Source: an uncultured Saprospiraceae bacterium (lineage in GTDB: Bacteria; Bacteroidota; Bacteroidia; Chitinophagales; Saprospiraceae). From it: a stretch of 64,000 nucleotides of DNA. The position numbers and the translations under genes are program-made. This document shows positions 9,324-18,541 of this stretch, piece after piece. Numbering within the stretch: position 1 is the stretch's first letter; every line of letters begins with the position of its first letter. The stretch is taken from assembly GCA_938015805.1 (NCBI GenBank), contig CALLXF010000017.1, positions 3,513 through 67,512 on the forward strand, written 5' to 3'. The notes beneath the pieces are model-generated. The model was given only the letters and a program-made list of their open reading frames with translations, was not told the origin of the DNA and made no database searches.

Positions 9324-10688
9324 TTATTTGTTCTTCATAAGATCCATGTACGTAGTATACAATTTATTTATATTCTGAGACCTAATTACTTCTTTATTGA
9401 TGAGACTAGTGTCAAAACTAATAATTCTGTTTTTTAGAATTGCTTTAAAATTATCATCAATAAGCATAAGGTGTCCCTTTTGTACAGATTTTAGATAATC
9501 ATTAACCATACTTTTATTTCTTAGTTTGAAGGAATTCTTAAGGAATTCTATATTGATTTTATTTAAATAGGTATTTACTTTTTTAGAATAGTCTAATCGA
9601 AATTGTTTATAGTTTTCTCCATACTTAATGATATAAGTATCGATATTACGGATGTTGTTTATATCCATTTCACCTACTTCGTAAGATCTTAATAGATTTA
9701 TAAAGTCATCATTAGAGATATTATTTTTATTTATTTTTAAAAGATTGTTTGTACTAATTATATCATTGAGATCAGGGCAAATACAAACACTAGTTTGCGG
9801 AAAAACTTCGCTAAGATTAATAGTATTATGAAATTCAGGAGCATTATTATTATTTAATAAAACTTGTTTTGAATTTAGAAAGTAATCACATAGACTAGAA
9901 TAATTATTCATAATATTACTGGTAGAATCATCACAGTATAAAAAATTGGATTCATCTTTTAAATTGTTTAAGTGATACAGTTCATGTTGTAATAAAAAAT
10001 GGTCCGCAGTAATAGAAATTCCTCCTATAATAATTTGAGGGTTGCAACACTCATAGGCCTTTCCTCTTAATGTGCCATGAGTATTTAGCTGGGCAATAAG
10101 TGAATTAGATACAAAAACCACAATCTCTCTTTCTAATTGCCAAGGATCAATTTTTATTTGTAACGCATTGTGGTCTCCTGTATAACAGTAATTAGTCCCA
10201 TCAAAGATTTCTTCCAAATTAAAGACACTTAAATCTTTAAATTCGTAGGTAAAGGAATAGTGGTAATCATGATAGTGGAGATCGGAAAAATTATTTATAA
10301 ACTGGAGACTATTGCTTATGTCCGGTATATTAACAGAATTTTGTAAATCTGCTGAAATTATAAAATGGATTGGTTTTTCTATTTTGTCTTCGAGACTTGA
10401 TGCATCTATACTTTGAGTACACCAGTCAATATTTTTACACCACCAAGACTCTTCAATATAAAAGATTTTTTTTCCTGGAACCATTAAATACATTCCTTCA
10501 ATAGATTCATTATCGTATAAAGAATATGAATTTCCATCAAAGACTGCAGGTTGTATTTCAAAATCTTCGGCCTTAAGACCCCAGGGTGTATCCCTAAAAA
10601 CCGGCTTAACAAAATGAATATTTTGCTGAGCAAAAACATTAAAAGAATAACTGGCTGATAGAAAGAAAAGGAATAAATATTTAATCAT
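9324..10688 (-). CDS. Hypothetical secreted protein with a single HExxH motif (possible zinc metallopeptidase); Asn/Lys/Ile-rich
   Basis: Signal peptide MIKYLFLFFLSASYSFNVFAQQ. The only motif I recognise is LLQHELYHL. The gene is very AT-rich and starts 3 nt downstream of the preceding gene's stop. Confidence 0.6.
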   Translation of the reverse strand: MIKYLFLFFLSASYSFNVFAQQNIHFVKPVFRDTPWGLKAEDFEIQPAVFDGNSYSLYDNESIEGMYLMVPGKKIFYIEESWWCKNIDWCTQSIDASSLEDKIEKPIHFIISADLQNSVNIPDISNSLQFINNFSDLHYHDYHYSFTYEFKDLSVFNLEEIFDGTNYCYTGDHNALQIKIDPWQLEREIVVFVSNSLIAQLNTHGTLRGKAYECCNPQIIIGGISITADHFLLQHELYHLNNLKDESNFLYCDDSTSNIMNNYSSLCDYFLNSKQVLLNNNNAPEFHNTINLSEVFPQTSVCICPDLNDIISTNNLLKINKNNISNDDFINLLRSYEVGEMDINNIRNIDTYIIKYGENYKQFRLDYSKKVNTYLNKINIEFLKNSFKLRNKSMVNDYLKSVQKGHLMLIDDNFKAILKNRIISFDTSLINKEVIRSQNINKLYTTYMDLMKNK

Positions 10689-10691
10689 GTT

Positions 10692-11381
10692 TTATTTATG
10701 AAAATGCACAGGAGATAGTTCTACAAACTGAGGAACAGGATGCGGTCCACCACCATATACTTCATAAAAAGCATGTTGTAGTACTTGGTTTACTGGATAT
10801 AAATTAATGGTGTCTAGCATTCCACTTATTATAAAATTTCTTGTTACTAATGATGCCGAACCCGACTCATATACTTCTCCACTAAACTCAGTAATATCTA
10901 GACTAGCATTGTAAGCTACAGTAGGTCGACCTACTCTATGCAACTTTGAATGATTATCGTTTTGACCATTATTATGATCAAACTGTCCATGATAATCTAG
11001 CTTAAAATAATCAAGGTAATCCGTAACTAAATTTACTTCTTTCTCACCTGCGTTTAATGCTTTTTTTATGTCATACGCAATGGCGATATCATTTTCTATT
11101 TTTACTTTAAAAAAGACCTCTGTGTTTTTATCCTCTGATCGATTTTTGAATATTACATATCGCATATCATCATCTCCAAAATCTAATAAGATCATACCTT
11201 GGCCATATACTTTCTTTTCTTCGATTTTATCGTTTTTTAATGTAGTGGATATAGATGTAATCTTTCCTTTAAAATAATCTGAAGAAATAAAAGAAGGTTC
11301 TTTGTGTGCTTGTTTATCAGGACAACATTGAGTAAATGTAATTAACAAGGGGAGGCATAAAAGCCTTAGGAAGTTTTTCAT
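10692..11381 (-). CDS. Hypothetical lipoprotein
   Basis: The ORF is open to 11447, but the internal start MKNFLRLLCLPLLITFTQC gives a classic signal plus lipobox Cys, so 11381 is preferred. I recognise no domain. Confidence 0.55.
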   Translation of the reverse strand: MKNFLRLLCLPLLITFTQCCPDKQAHKEPSFISSDYFKGKITSISTTLKNDKIEEKKVYGQGMILLDFGDDDMRYVIFKNRSEDKNTEVFFKVKIENDIAIAYDIKKALNAGEKEVNLVTDYLDYFKLDYHGQFDHNNGQNDNHSKLHRVGRPTVAYNASLDITEFSGEVYESGSASLVTRNFIISGMLDTINLYPVNQVLQHAFYEVYGGGPHPVPQFVELSPVHFHK

Positions 11382-11403
11382 AATAATTGGTTTTTCGTTT
11401 ATA

Positions 11404-13944
11404 TTGTACATAGCTATGCTACGACAACTTCTTAAATATAATATCATTTTTTTAATTTTTATCTATTCCTGTCTTTCAGAAAAAGATCAAATGATTGACG
11501 CTCATTTTAAAAGTCTCTCTAATACAGGTGTCGGTATTTTGGATAAATGTGACCCTGATTCTGAAATTTATGATATTTTATTTTCGACTTCTCCTTATGA
11601 TTTAATTCAAAAAATAGATTACAAACCTAAATCCGAAATAGCTAAAGCTATAGTGCATATTAAAGCTGAAAATCACAAACATGCCTATGTAAAAGATATA
11701 GACTCATTATTCCAAAAATTGTATAAAAAGGGTGATACTGTATTAGAATTAGAATTACTAAAACACTACTTACATAGTAATAGAAAGAATTATTCTAGTC
11801 TTGAAAATGATCTAGAAGTGATTGGTAAAAAAATTAACTCTTTAGATGATTTATCTTATCTAGACAAATATTATAGGGTGCTTTTCTTAGATCAGAAAGC
11901 AGAACGCTACTTGACTATTAATAAGGTTTTAGAAAGTATTGCGATCTATAATTATATCCTTGGCCTAGTGGAAAATGAGACGTACTTAAAAAACAGAATG
12001 GTCTTAAACCTATCAAATGTAAAGATAGGGATACTTGTAAATGATAAAGAATATAACACTGTCCACAGTCATCTAGATTCTGTAGTAAGCGAACAAAAAT
12101 TTTTTGAGTTTGAAAAATTTATGAACAAGAATTATGCAGATGAAGATTCTATAGAATTGCTTTATAAGGCTAAAGAATTAGCAGAGACTTCATTTGAGAA
12201 GTTTGCAGTAAATTTTAATCTCGCTTTTTATTATGAGACTTATAGTCCTAATCCAGATAGTGTAAAACATTACTATTATAAAACAATAGCTGTCTATGAA
12301 AAAACACCATGTAATCATTACAAGTTTTATCCTTTATTATACTTTGCTGAATTTTTAAACGAGTCGGAAGAAAAGAATAATATCTTAGAAAAATTAGAAA
12401 CTTATAATAACTGCAATCAAGCGATTATAGATAATATCGATTTTTTAAAGCATCAGTATATTGACCCATCTACTTTTACTACTGATATAGATTCTATGGT
12501 ACTACTAGTTCTGGCAGAAAGAAAACTAGCACAAAAATTATATCCAGGTAAATCGAGTCTACACCTTCAGGATTACTTTTCAAAAAATTGTAATATCCTA
12601 CACAAGACTCTATTAAAAAAAGAATCTAAAATAAATAAGGACGACATAAAAAAATTAGCAAAAACCATTTTTAATACTCGAGCTAATGAAAACGATAGAA
12701 TCAAAAATACTACCGTTAGGTATAAAGAAACTGCTAATGATAACAATGTTTATTCTCAAATAGAAGGGGTATTACGAGAGTTAAATGATTTTAAAGATGT
12801 AAGAGATTTTAATGATCCGATTTATAAAAAGTTATATGGGCTCTATGAGGAAAAGGCTCAACTGGAAAAACAAATTGAAGAAAAGTCGACGGATCAGCCA
12901 GATCTAGATTTAGAATTTTTTTTGGAAAAAAGTAGTAGAGAGTTTACTCATGTTTACAACTTTCTCTCGTATGAGGAATACTCCAAACAGTCTGAGTACA
13001 TTGGGTATCTGATAGAGAAAAACGATCAGGAGCTATTCACTTGTTCTAAGATAGAGATTGATTCTATCGGCAAGGTTGCCTTGCAGAAAATAAAAAACAA
13101 AGAAGATGCTAGTCCAGAGTTAGGTAAACTAAAAAAATTAATTTTTAATGATGCCTCATTTGAAGAGGGGGACCATCTTGTCATTATACCCGATGGGGTT
13201 ATCGGACAGTTACCATTGTCATTGATAGTAGGAGATGATGCCGTAACGATTTCTCAGTATCCTAATATAAAACACTGGATCGATCAAAAGCCTATTATGC
13301 TGAGTAACTCAGACATCTCATTATATAGTTATTCAGATATGGAAACGATGAATAATCGCTCTGTAAAAACGTTTACTGACCTTCCATATGGCATAGAGGA
13401 ATGTAATGAGATAATGGATGACTTAGGTCTTTCTCAAAAAGCCTTGATCAGTGGTAAAAAACTGACTAAACAATCTGTTCTATCAGATTCAGTAGGCAGC
13501 TGGCTTCATCTATCGACTCATGCTTTTTCTAATACAGAAAACCGATTAGATAATTTTATTACCGTACGAGATCAAGATGGGAATGGAGATAGACTTTATT
13601 CTTACGAGCTGATGACGATGACAGAGGCTCCAGAGGTTGTGGTATTGTCAGCCTGTGATTCAGGAGTAGGAATGCATATAACAGGTGCTGGCGTTTTTTC
13701 CATATCCAAGGCTTTTTTAGCGATGGGTACTGATGCCGTTATAAAGACCCTATGGAAGGTAAACGATGCAGCGACCAAAGAATTTATGATTTTGTTTTAT
13801 TCATTTTTATCTGAAGGTTTTACAATAGAGCAGGCATTGGCTTTAAGCCAAAAAAAATTTACGACACATAGTACCTACAGTGACCCGTATTACTGGGCGG
13901 GTTTTGTGGTAGAAGGAAACGGGGAGATAAAACTGGTAAACTAA
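11404..13944 (+). CDS. TPR-like repeat / CHAT-domain (caspase-like Cys protease) protein, probably lipid-anchored or membrane-anchored
   Basis: The C-terminal ~280 aa has CHAT hallmarks: GDHLVIIPDGVIGQLPLSL, catalytic His in WLHLSTHAF, catalytic Cys in VVLSACDSGVG, and the ending DPYYWAGFVVEG. The N-terminal ~560 aa is helical-repeat-like. The N-terminus MLRQLLKYNIIFLIFIYSC resembles a lipoprotein signal. Confidence 0.8.
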   Translation: MYIAMLRQLLKYNIIFLIFIYSCLSEKDQMIDAHFKSLSNTGVGILDKCDPDSEIYDILFSTSPYDLIQKIDYKPKSEIAKAIVHIKAENHKHAYVKDIDSLFQKLYKKGDTVLELELLKHYLHSNRKNYSSLENDLEVIGKKINSLDDLSYLDKYYRVLFLDQKAERYLTINKVLESIAIYNYILGLVENETYLKNRMVLNLSNVKIGILVNDKEYNTVHSHLDSVVSEQKFFEFEKFMNKNYADEDSIELLYKAKELAETSFEKFAVNFNLAFYYETYSPNPDSVKHYYYKTIAVYEKTPCNHYKFYPLLYFAEFLNESEEKNNILEKLETYNNCNQAIIDNIDFLKHQYIDPSTFTTDIDSMVLLVLAERKLAQKLYPGKSSLHLQDYFSKNCNILHKTLLKKESKINKDDIKKLAKTIFNTRANENDRIKNTTVRYKETANDNNVYSQIEGVLRELNDFKDVRDFNDPIYKKLYGLYEEKAQLEKQIEEKSTDQPDLDLEFFLEKSSREFTHVYNFLSYEEYSKQSEYIGYLIEKNDQELFTCSKIEIDSIGKVALQKIKNKEDASPELGKLKKLIFNDASFEEGDHLVIIPDGVIGQLPLSLIVGDDAVTISQYPNIKHWIDQKPIMLSNSDISLYSYSDMETMNNRSVKTFTDLPYGIEECNEIMDDLGLSQKALISGKKLTKQSVLSDSVGSWLHLSTHAFSNTENRLDNFITVRDQDGNGDRLYSYELMTMTEAPEVVVLSACDSGVGMHITGAGVFSISKAFLAMGTDAVIKTLWKVNDAATKEFMILFYSFLSEGFTIEQALALSQKKFTTHSTYSDPYYWAGFVVEGNGEIKLVN

Positions 13945-13946
13945 TT

Positions 13947-16193
13947 TTACTTTATAAATTTCCTTATCAATATAGGTAGCAATAATAGATCACAAGCTAC
14001 TGCACTCACTAGGGTAATAGAAATTAAAAAACCGATATTTACAGATGGAGGATTATTAGAGAACAACATAATCATAAACCCAAAAAACAAAATTACAGAG
14101 GTCAGGCATATTGCCTTCCCAGTTTCTCTAAAGGTAACATGTATTGATTCTTCTACAGACTTGCCCGCATGTAAAGACAATTTAAACTTGCTCAAAAAGT
14201 GTATCGTATCATCTACAGCGATTCCAAAAATAATAGCAAAAACAATGGCTACACCAGCTTCCATCTCAATTCCAAAATAGCCCATCAAACCTGCTGCAAA
14301 GAATAATGGAAAGATATTAGGGATGATAGATATCAGTAACATTTTGAAATCTCTAAATAAAAAGCCCATGAGTAAACTGATAATTATAAGTGCAATAGAC
14401 AAACCTTTCAATAAACTCTCTCTTACATAAAATGCATTTTTATCCACAAGTATTCCAGAGCCTGTACGCTTTACAGACATAAGACTTGTGTCTATGTTTT
14501 TTGCAACCCAGCTATCCATTTCTATACCGAGATTACGGATATTATCTGCACCTATGTCTAATAATCGAGTTGATAACCTTGCCTTAGTTTTATCTTTGTT
14601 TAATAAAATATTAGATCCGATATTAGGAATTTTTTCTATCAGTTTTTGATTTTTTAAATATCGTTTTTCGGATAACGGGAATTTGTATGCACTTGCCTTA
14701 TTACGTCCGTTCATCCGCTCGATACTTTTTTGTAACATAGTAGGAGAGACGATGCTGTTAAACTTACCAGTGGATCTGAGATGTTCTTCAAGTTTATTTA
14801 TTTCTGCTTGGACGATGTAATCATCCGCCTTGATATTTTCCTTGGTTTGGATAGCAAATTCTAAAGGCCTAAATCCGCCGTAATTTTTTTCAAAATATTT
14901 AAAATCTTCAGTTACTTTTCCCGTACGAGGGAGATTACTTTCTATTTTATAATTGGTGGAAATTAGAGTCATTCCATAAAAGCAAGCGATCGTAATGATA
15001 AAAGTAATGGCTAAGATAGGTTTGCTTTGGTTAATGGTAAGCTGATATCCTTTTTCCATCAGTCTATCCCATCGACCGGTTTCTTTTTCTAGTTTTAGTA
15101 GTTGACTTTTTTTACAAAGAGATAAGCAAGCGGTGGTAAATAAAATAACAACGATGTAGGCGATGATCACTCCGACACCTGCATTTACCCCAAAATCCCT
15201 AATAGGATAAATACGAGAACTCATTAGTGTTAAAAACCCAACAGCGGTAGTGACTGATGTTAACAGTGTAGCAAGACCGACTTCTTTAATAGTAATCCAT
15301 ATAGCGTCATCCTGAAGCTTGCCTTTTTTTAGTTCGTCTAGATATTTAGTCATGATATGGATGACATCTGAGGTACCCACGATCAGCATGAGCACAGGAT
15401 AAAGAGCTGACATTATGTTTAGTTCGCGACCTAGTAATCCGAGTGTTCCTAAAAATATAATGAGTCCCATCCCGATGCTAATTAGACCTAGGAATACAGC
15501 CCATGGTTTTTTATAAATGAGAAACATAACTAGAAGAATCAGTAAGCCCGAGATCAAAGAGGTGATGATAATCTCGTAGAGTTGCATCTCGACTAGTTCT
15601 TTAGAAAAATAGGCTCTACCTAGTAGATGGTAATCATCAAAATTGTACCGTTCGATTTTTTCGTAGATCGCACTAATCAGTTCTTCTGATTCTTGCAGGC
15701 CTATCGATTCTATGTTTTTAATGGAAACAGTAAGAGAGGTAACATCACTGTTAATTAAGGTTTCTCTAAATCGCTCATCTTCTAAGATTATTTTTTTATC
15801 CTGTTGGTATTTAGAAGGATCATTTATGTGTATGGCTGGAATGGTCGTTACGCCAAATGGTGTTTTAAGAGGATATTTTACTTGCGTCAGTGATTGTGAA
15901 CTGATCACATGTGGCAATGTCTTACAGTCTACAGAAAATTCATGAAAGCGTTTTAAAAAACTAGAGTCAAAAACACCTTCCTTATTTTCTATAGCAATCA
16001 GAAGAAAATTATCATCCGTCTCAAAATCAGATGTAAACTCTTGAAAAAATGCAAGATCGTCATCACCTTCAGGAAAAAACTGTTCAAAACTAAACGTAAA
16101 TTTTAGTTGTGTAGCAAAAAAAGCCCCACCTAAAGTCAGTAGGATAAATAGGACTATAATTGGTTTTCGACTTTTGAGAAAGAGATCCTTCAT
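13947..16193 (-). CDS. MMPL/RND-superfamily (HAE3-like) membrane transporter
   Basis: 748 aa with two hydrophobic 5-6 TM bundles, each preceded by a large soluble loop. This duplicated architecture is typical of MMPL/SSD exporters. Confidence 0.7.
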   Translation of the reverse strand: MKDLFLKSRKPIIVLFILLTLGGAFFATQLKFTFSFEQFFPEGDDDLAFFQEFTSDFETDDNFLLIAIENKEGVFDSSFLKRFHEFSVDCKTLPHVISSQSLTQVKYPLKTPFGVTTIPAIHINDPSKYQQDKKIILEDERFRETLINSDVTSLTVSIKNIESIGLQESEELISAIYEKIERYNFDDYHLLGRAYFSKELVEMQLYEIIITSLISGLLILLVMFLIYKKPWAVFLGLISIGMGLIIFLGTLGLLGRELNIMSALYPVLMLIVGTSDVIHIMTKYLDELKKGKLQDDAIWITIKEVGLATLLTSVTTAVGFLTLMSSRIYPIRDFGVNAGVGVIIAYIVVILFTTACLSLCKKSQLLKLEKETGRWDRLMEKGYQLTINQSKPILAITFIITIACFYGMTLISTNYKIESNLPRTGKVTEDFKYFEKNYGGFRPLEFAIQTKENIKADDYIVQAEINKLEEHLRSTGKFNSIVSPTMLQKSIERMNGRNKASAYKFPLSEKRYLKNQKLIEKIPNIGSNILLNKDKTKARLSTRLLDIGADNIRNLGIEMDSWVAKNIDTSLMSVKRTGSGILVDKNAFYVRESLLKGLSIALIIISLLMGFLFRDFKMLLISIIPNIFPLFFAAGLMGYFGIEMEAGVAIVFAIIFGIAVDDTIHFLSKFKLSLHAGKSVEESIHVTFRETGKAICLTSVILFFGFMIMLFSNNPPSVNIGFLISITLVSAVACDLLLLPILIRKFIK

Positions 16194-16520
16194 ACGCTTG
16201 CGAAGGTAACGTTTATGATGAGTTATGGTTTAACGAAATTCTTATTTTGTGGTCACCAGTAGAGAGGATAACAATAGAATAATTATAGATTGAATATAGA
16301 CTTTAGCATTTCGATCACTTTGACGTTTCGACCTTAGTGTAGAAACATTGAAAGTTAACAGGGCCCCAATCAATTATGAGTCGAGGATCATTTTTATTAA
16401 CTAATTGATCAACTAATACAGAGATTAGGCACTAGGTATCATTATGCTGCTAAAGTTGTCTTCATTCGCCAGTTCGATAAAAAAGCGAATAATTTAAATC
16501 CAATACTCTCCTATATTTCA

Positions 16521-16535
16521 TTGGCTTAAAGCCAA
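16521..16535. repeat. Intergenic copy of the 15-bp palindrome TTGGCTTAAAGCCAA, 32 nt upstream of the LOG start codon
   Basis: Perfect 7-bp arms (TTGGCTT/AAGCCAA) around one central base. Identical copies lie at 13837, 18542 and 25548, with related copies elsewhere (see findings). Confidence 0.5.
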
Positions 16536-16566
16536 TAAACCTGATCTATTCCACTAGTTTTACACT

Positions 16567-17142
16567 ATGAAAATTTGTATCTACTGTGCATCTAGTAAAG
16601 CGATTCCACGGATTTATTTTGAGAAGACAGGCCTATTGACGAAAGCATTAGTTCATGAGGGACATCATATCGTTTATGGTGGTGGATCTAGAGGCCTGAT
16701 GGGGCATGTTGCAGACACATGCTTATCTCTCGAGGGTAAAATAACAGGCATCATTCCAGGTTTTATGAAAGAAGTAGAATGGGATCACCCTGAGGTAAAA
16801 GATATGCAAATCGTAGCCGATATGGCAGAACGCAAGCAAAAATTTCTAGAGCAGTCGGACGCCATTATTACATTGCCTGGTGGTGTCGGGACACTTGAGG
16901 AAATAGGCGAGGCTTTAAGTGCAAAAAGATTAGGGTTAATACAACACCCTATAATCATTGCTAATTTTGATGGCTTCTATGATGAGTTTTTGATTTATTT
17001 AAATAAAATGGTAGATCAGGAATTTATGGGTCCGCAGGGTAGAGAACTATGGACAGTTATTACTAGACCTGAGGAAATCACATTGGCTTTAGCCCAAACT
17101 AAACCATGGCCTTTAGGTATCACTAAGTCAGAAGCGTTTTAA
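16567..17142 (+). CDS. LOG-family protein (TIGR00730; nucleotide 5'-monophosphate phosphoribohydrolase)
   Basis: VYGGGSRGLMG and PGGVGTLEE motifs; 191 aa. Confidence 0.85.
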   Translation: MKICIYCASSKAIPRIYFEKTGLLTKALVHEGHHIVYGGGSRGLMGHVADTCLSLEGKITGIIPGFMKEVEWDHPEVKDMQIVADMAERKQKFLEQSDAIITLPGGVGTLEEIGEALSAKRLGLIQHPIIIANFDGFYDEFLIYLNKMVDQEFMGPQGRELWTVITRPEEITLALAQTKPWPLGITKSEAF

Positions 17143-17159
17143 AAAAATAGTAACTCGCT

Positions 17160-17774
17160 ATGCTTAGACACTACAAGTCAAAAAAGATAATTGCTGGATG
17201 TGATGAGGCTGGAAGAGGCTGTTTAGCAGGACCTGTTTTTGCTGCTACTGTAGTTCTTCCTAAAAACTACAAGAATAAAGATCTCGATGACTCTAAAAAA
17301 GTAAAGACGCATCAGCAAAGAGCTATTTTAAGAAAAGACATAGAAGCTAACGCTTTGTACTATGCGGTAGCTAAATCATCACCTAGAGAGATTGATAAAA
17401 TAAACATTCTTAATGCTTCTTTTCTTACCATGCATAAAGCAGTAGAAAAATTAGAAATAGTTCCAGACTTATTATTAATAGACGGTAACCGATTTAATCC
17501 GTATAAACAGATCCAGTATGAGACGATAATAAAAGGAGATGGAATTTATTACTCTATTGCAGCAGCTTCGATTTTAGCAAAGACCTATCGAGATGATTAT
17601 ATGACTCGTCTGGCTAAGAAGTTTCCGCTATATCACTGGAATACAAATATGGGCTATCCTACGATTGCACACAGACAGGCTATAATAGACCATGGTCCTT
17701 GTACACATCACCGTAAATCTTTTAGACTTTATCCATTGCCAGAGCAGCTTAAACTTTTTAATGTAAAAAAGTAG
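17160..17774 (+). CDS. rnhB: Ribonuclease HII
   Basis: GCDEAGRGCLAGPVFAA and DDSKK motifs, ASILAK, about 200 aa. Confidence 0.9.
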   Translation: MLRHYKSKKIIAGCDEAGRGCLAGPVFAATVVLPKNYKNKDLDDSKKVKTHQQRAILRKDIEANALYYAVAKSSPREIDKINILNASFLTMHKAVEKLEIVPDLLLIDGNRFNPYKQIQYETIIKGDGIYYSIAAASILAKTYRDDYMTRLAKKFPLYHWNTNMGYPTIAHRQAIIDHGPCTHHRKSFRLYPLPEQLKLFNVKK

Positions 17775-17786
17775 ATCTATTTTAAT

Positions 17787-18419
17787 CTAGAAAAAAGGAT
17801 TGGTCTTTTTTTCTACTCCGATCAGCGTAGATGGTCCATGACCAGGATATACCATCGTATTATCTGGTAATACAAAAAGTTTTTCTCGTATCATTTTTAG
17901 TAAGGTATCATGATTTCCACCTGGTAAATCCGTCCTTCCGATACTTCCTTGGAATAATACATCTCCCGCGATCAAGATACTCGTCTCTTTATTATAAAGA
18001 GAAATACTTGCAGGAGAGTGACCAGGGGTAAAAAGAACTTCCAACTTCTGATTTCCAAAATTTATAAAATCCCCTTCCTCTACTGTTTCTGCAATATCTG
18101 GGGAGCCCTTAAAATGGATACCATACATCTCCGCAACTTGCATCGCATGATCTAGCACTATTTGTTCGCCTGCATGAGAAATGAGGTGTAGATTGTATTC
18201 ATCGGCGATAAATTGGTTTCCGAGGATGTGATCTATGTGACAATGAGTATTGATGAGTTTTACGGGTTTTAGCTCTCGGGCAATTATATATTCTTTGAAC
18301 CTAATTTTTTCTATATCGTTATTACATCCAGGATCTATTATAACACACTCATTAGTTTCGTCATGTAAAATGTATGTGTTTTCTTGGAAATCATTAAAGA
18401 CAAAACTGGCTACTTCCAT
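17787..18419 (-). CDS. MBL-fold metallo-hydrolase (glyoxalase II-like)
   Basis: THCHIDH metal-binding motif, downstream TPGHSPAS and GDVLF..SIGRTD; 210 aa. Confidence 0.8.
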   Translation of the reverse strand: MEVASFVFNDFQENTYILHDETNECVIIDPGCNNDIEKIRFKEYIIARELKPVKLINTHCHIDHILGNQFIADEYNLHLISHAGEQIVLDHAMQVAEMYGIHFKGSPDIAETVEEGDFINFGNQKLEVLFTPGHSPASISLYNKETSILIAGDVLFQGSIGRTDLPGGNHDTLLKMIREKLFVLPDNTMVYPGHGPSTLIGVEKKTNPFF

Positions 18420-18541
18420 GGTAAAATTTTGAAAGAATGAATGAATAGGTTAATTTGAAAGTTCAAAAGTAAGTAATCATTAATAACAGAAGATTTTATA
18501 TCAAGTTTTATACAACTCTTTTATTTTGTTCCATCAGTATA

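Noticed and set aside
10692-11447. Possibility that the roughly 230-250-aa protein next to the CHAT protease is a bacterial gasdermin (gasdermins are typically adjacent to CHAT or caspase-like proteases)
   Set aside because: The protein has a clear signal peptide with a lipobox Cys, and the CHAT protein also looks exported. Known bacterial gasdermin systems are cytoplasmic and co-oriented. I see no gasdermin-like N-terminal pattern. Only structure prediction could reopen this.
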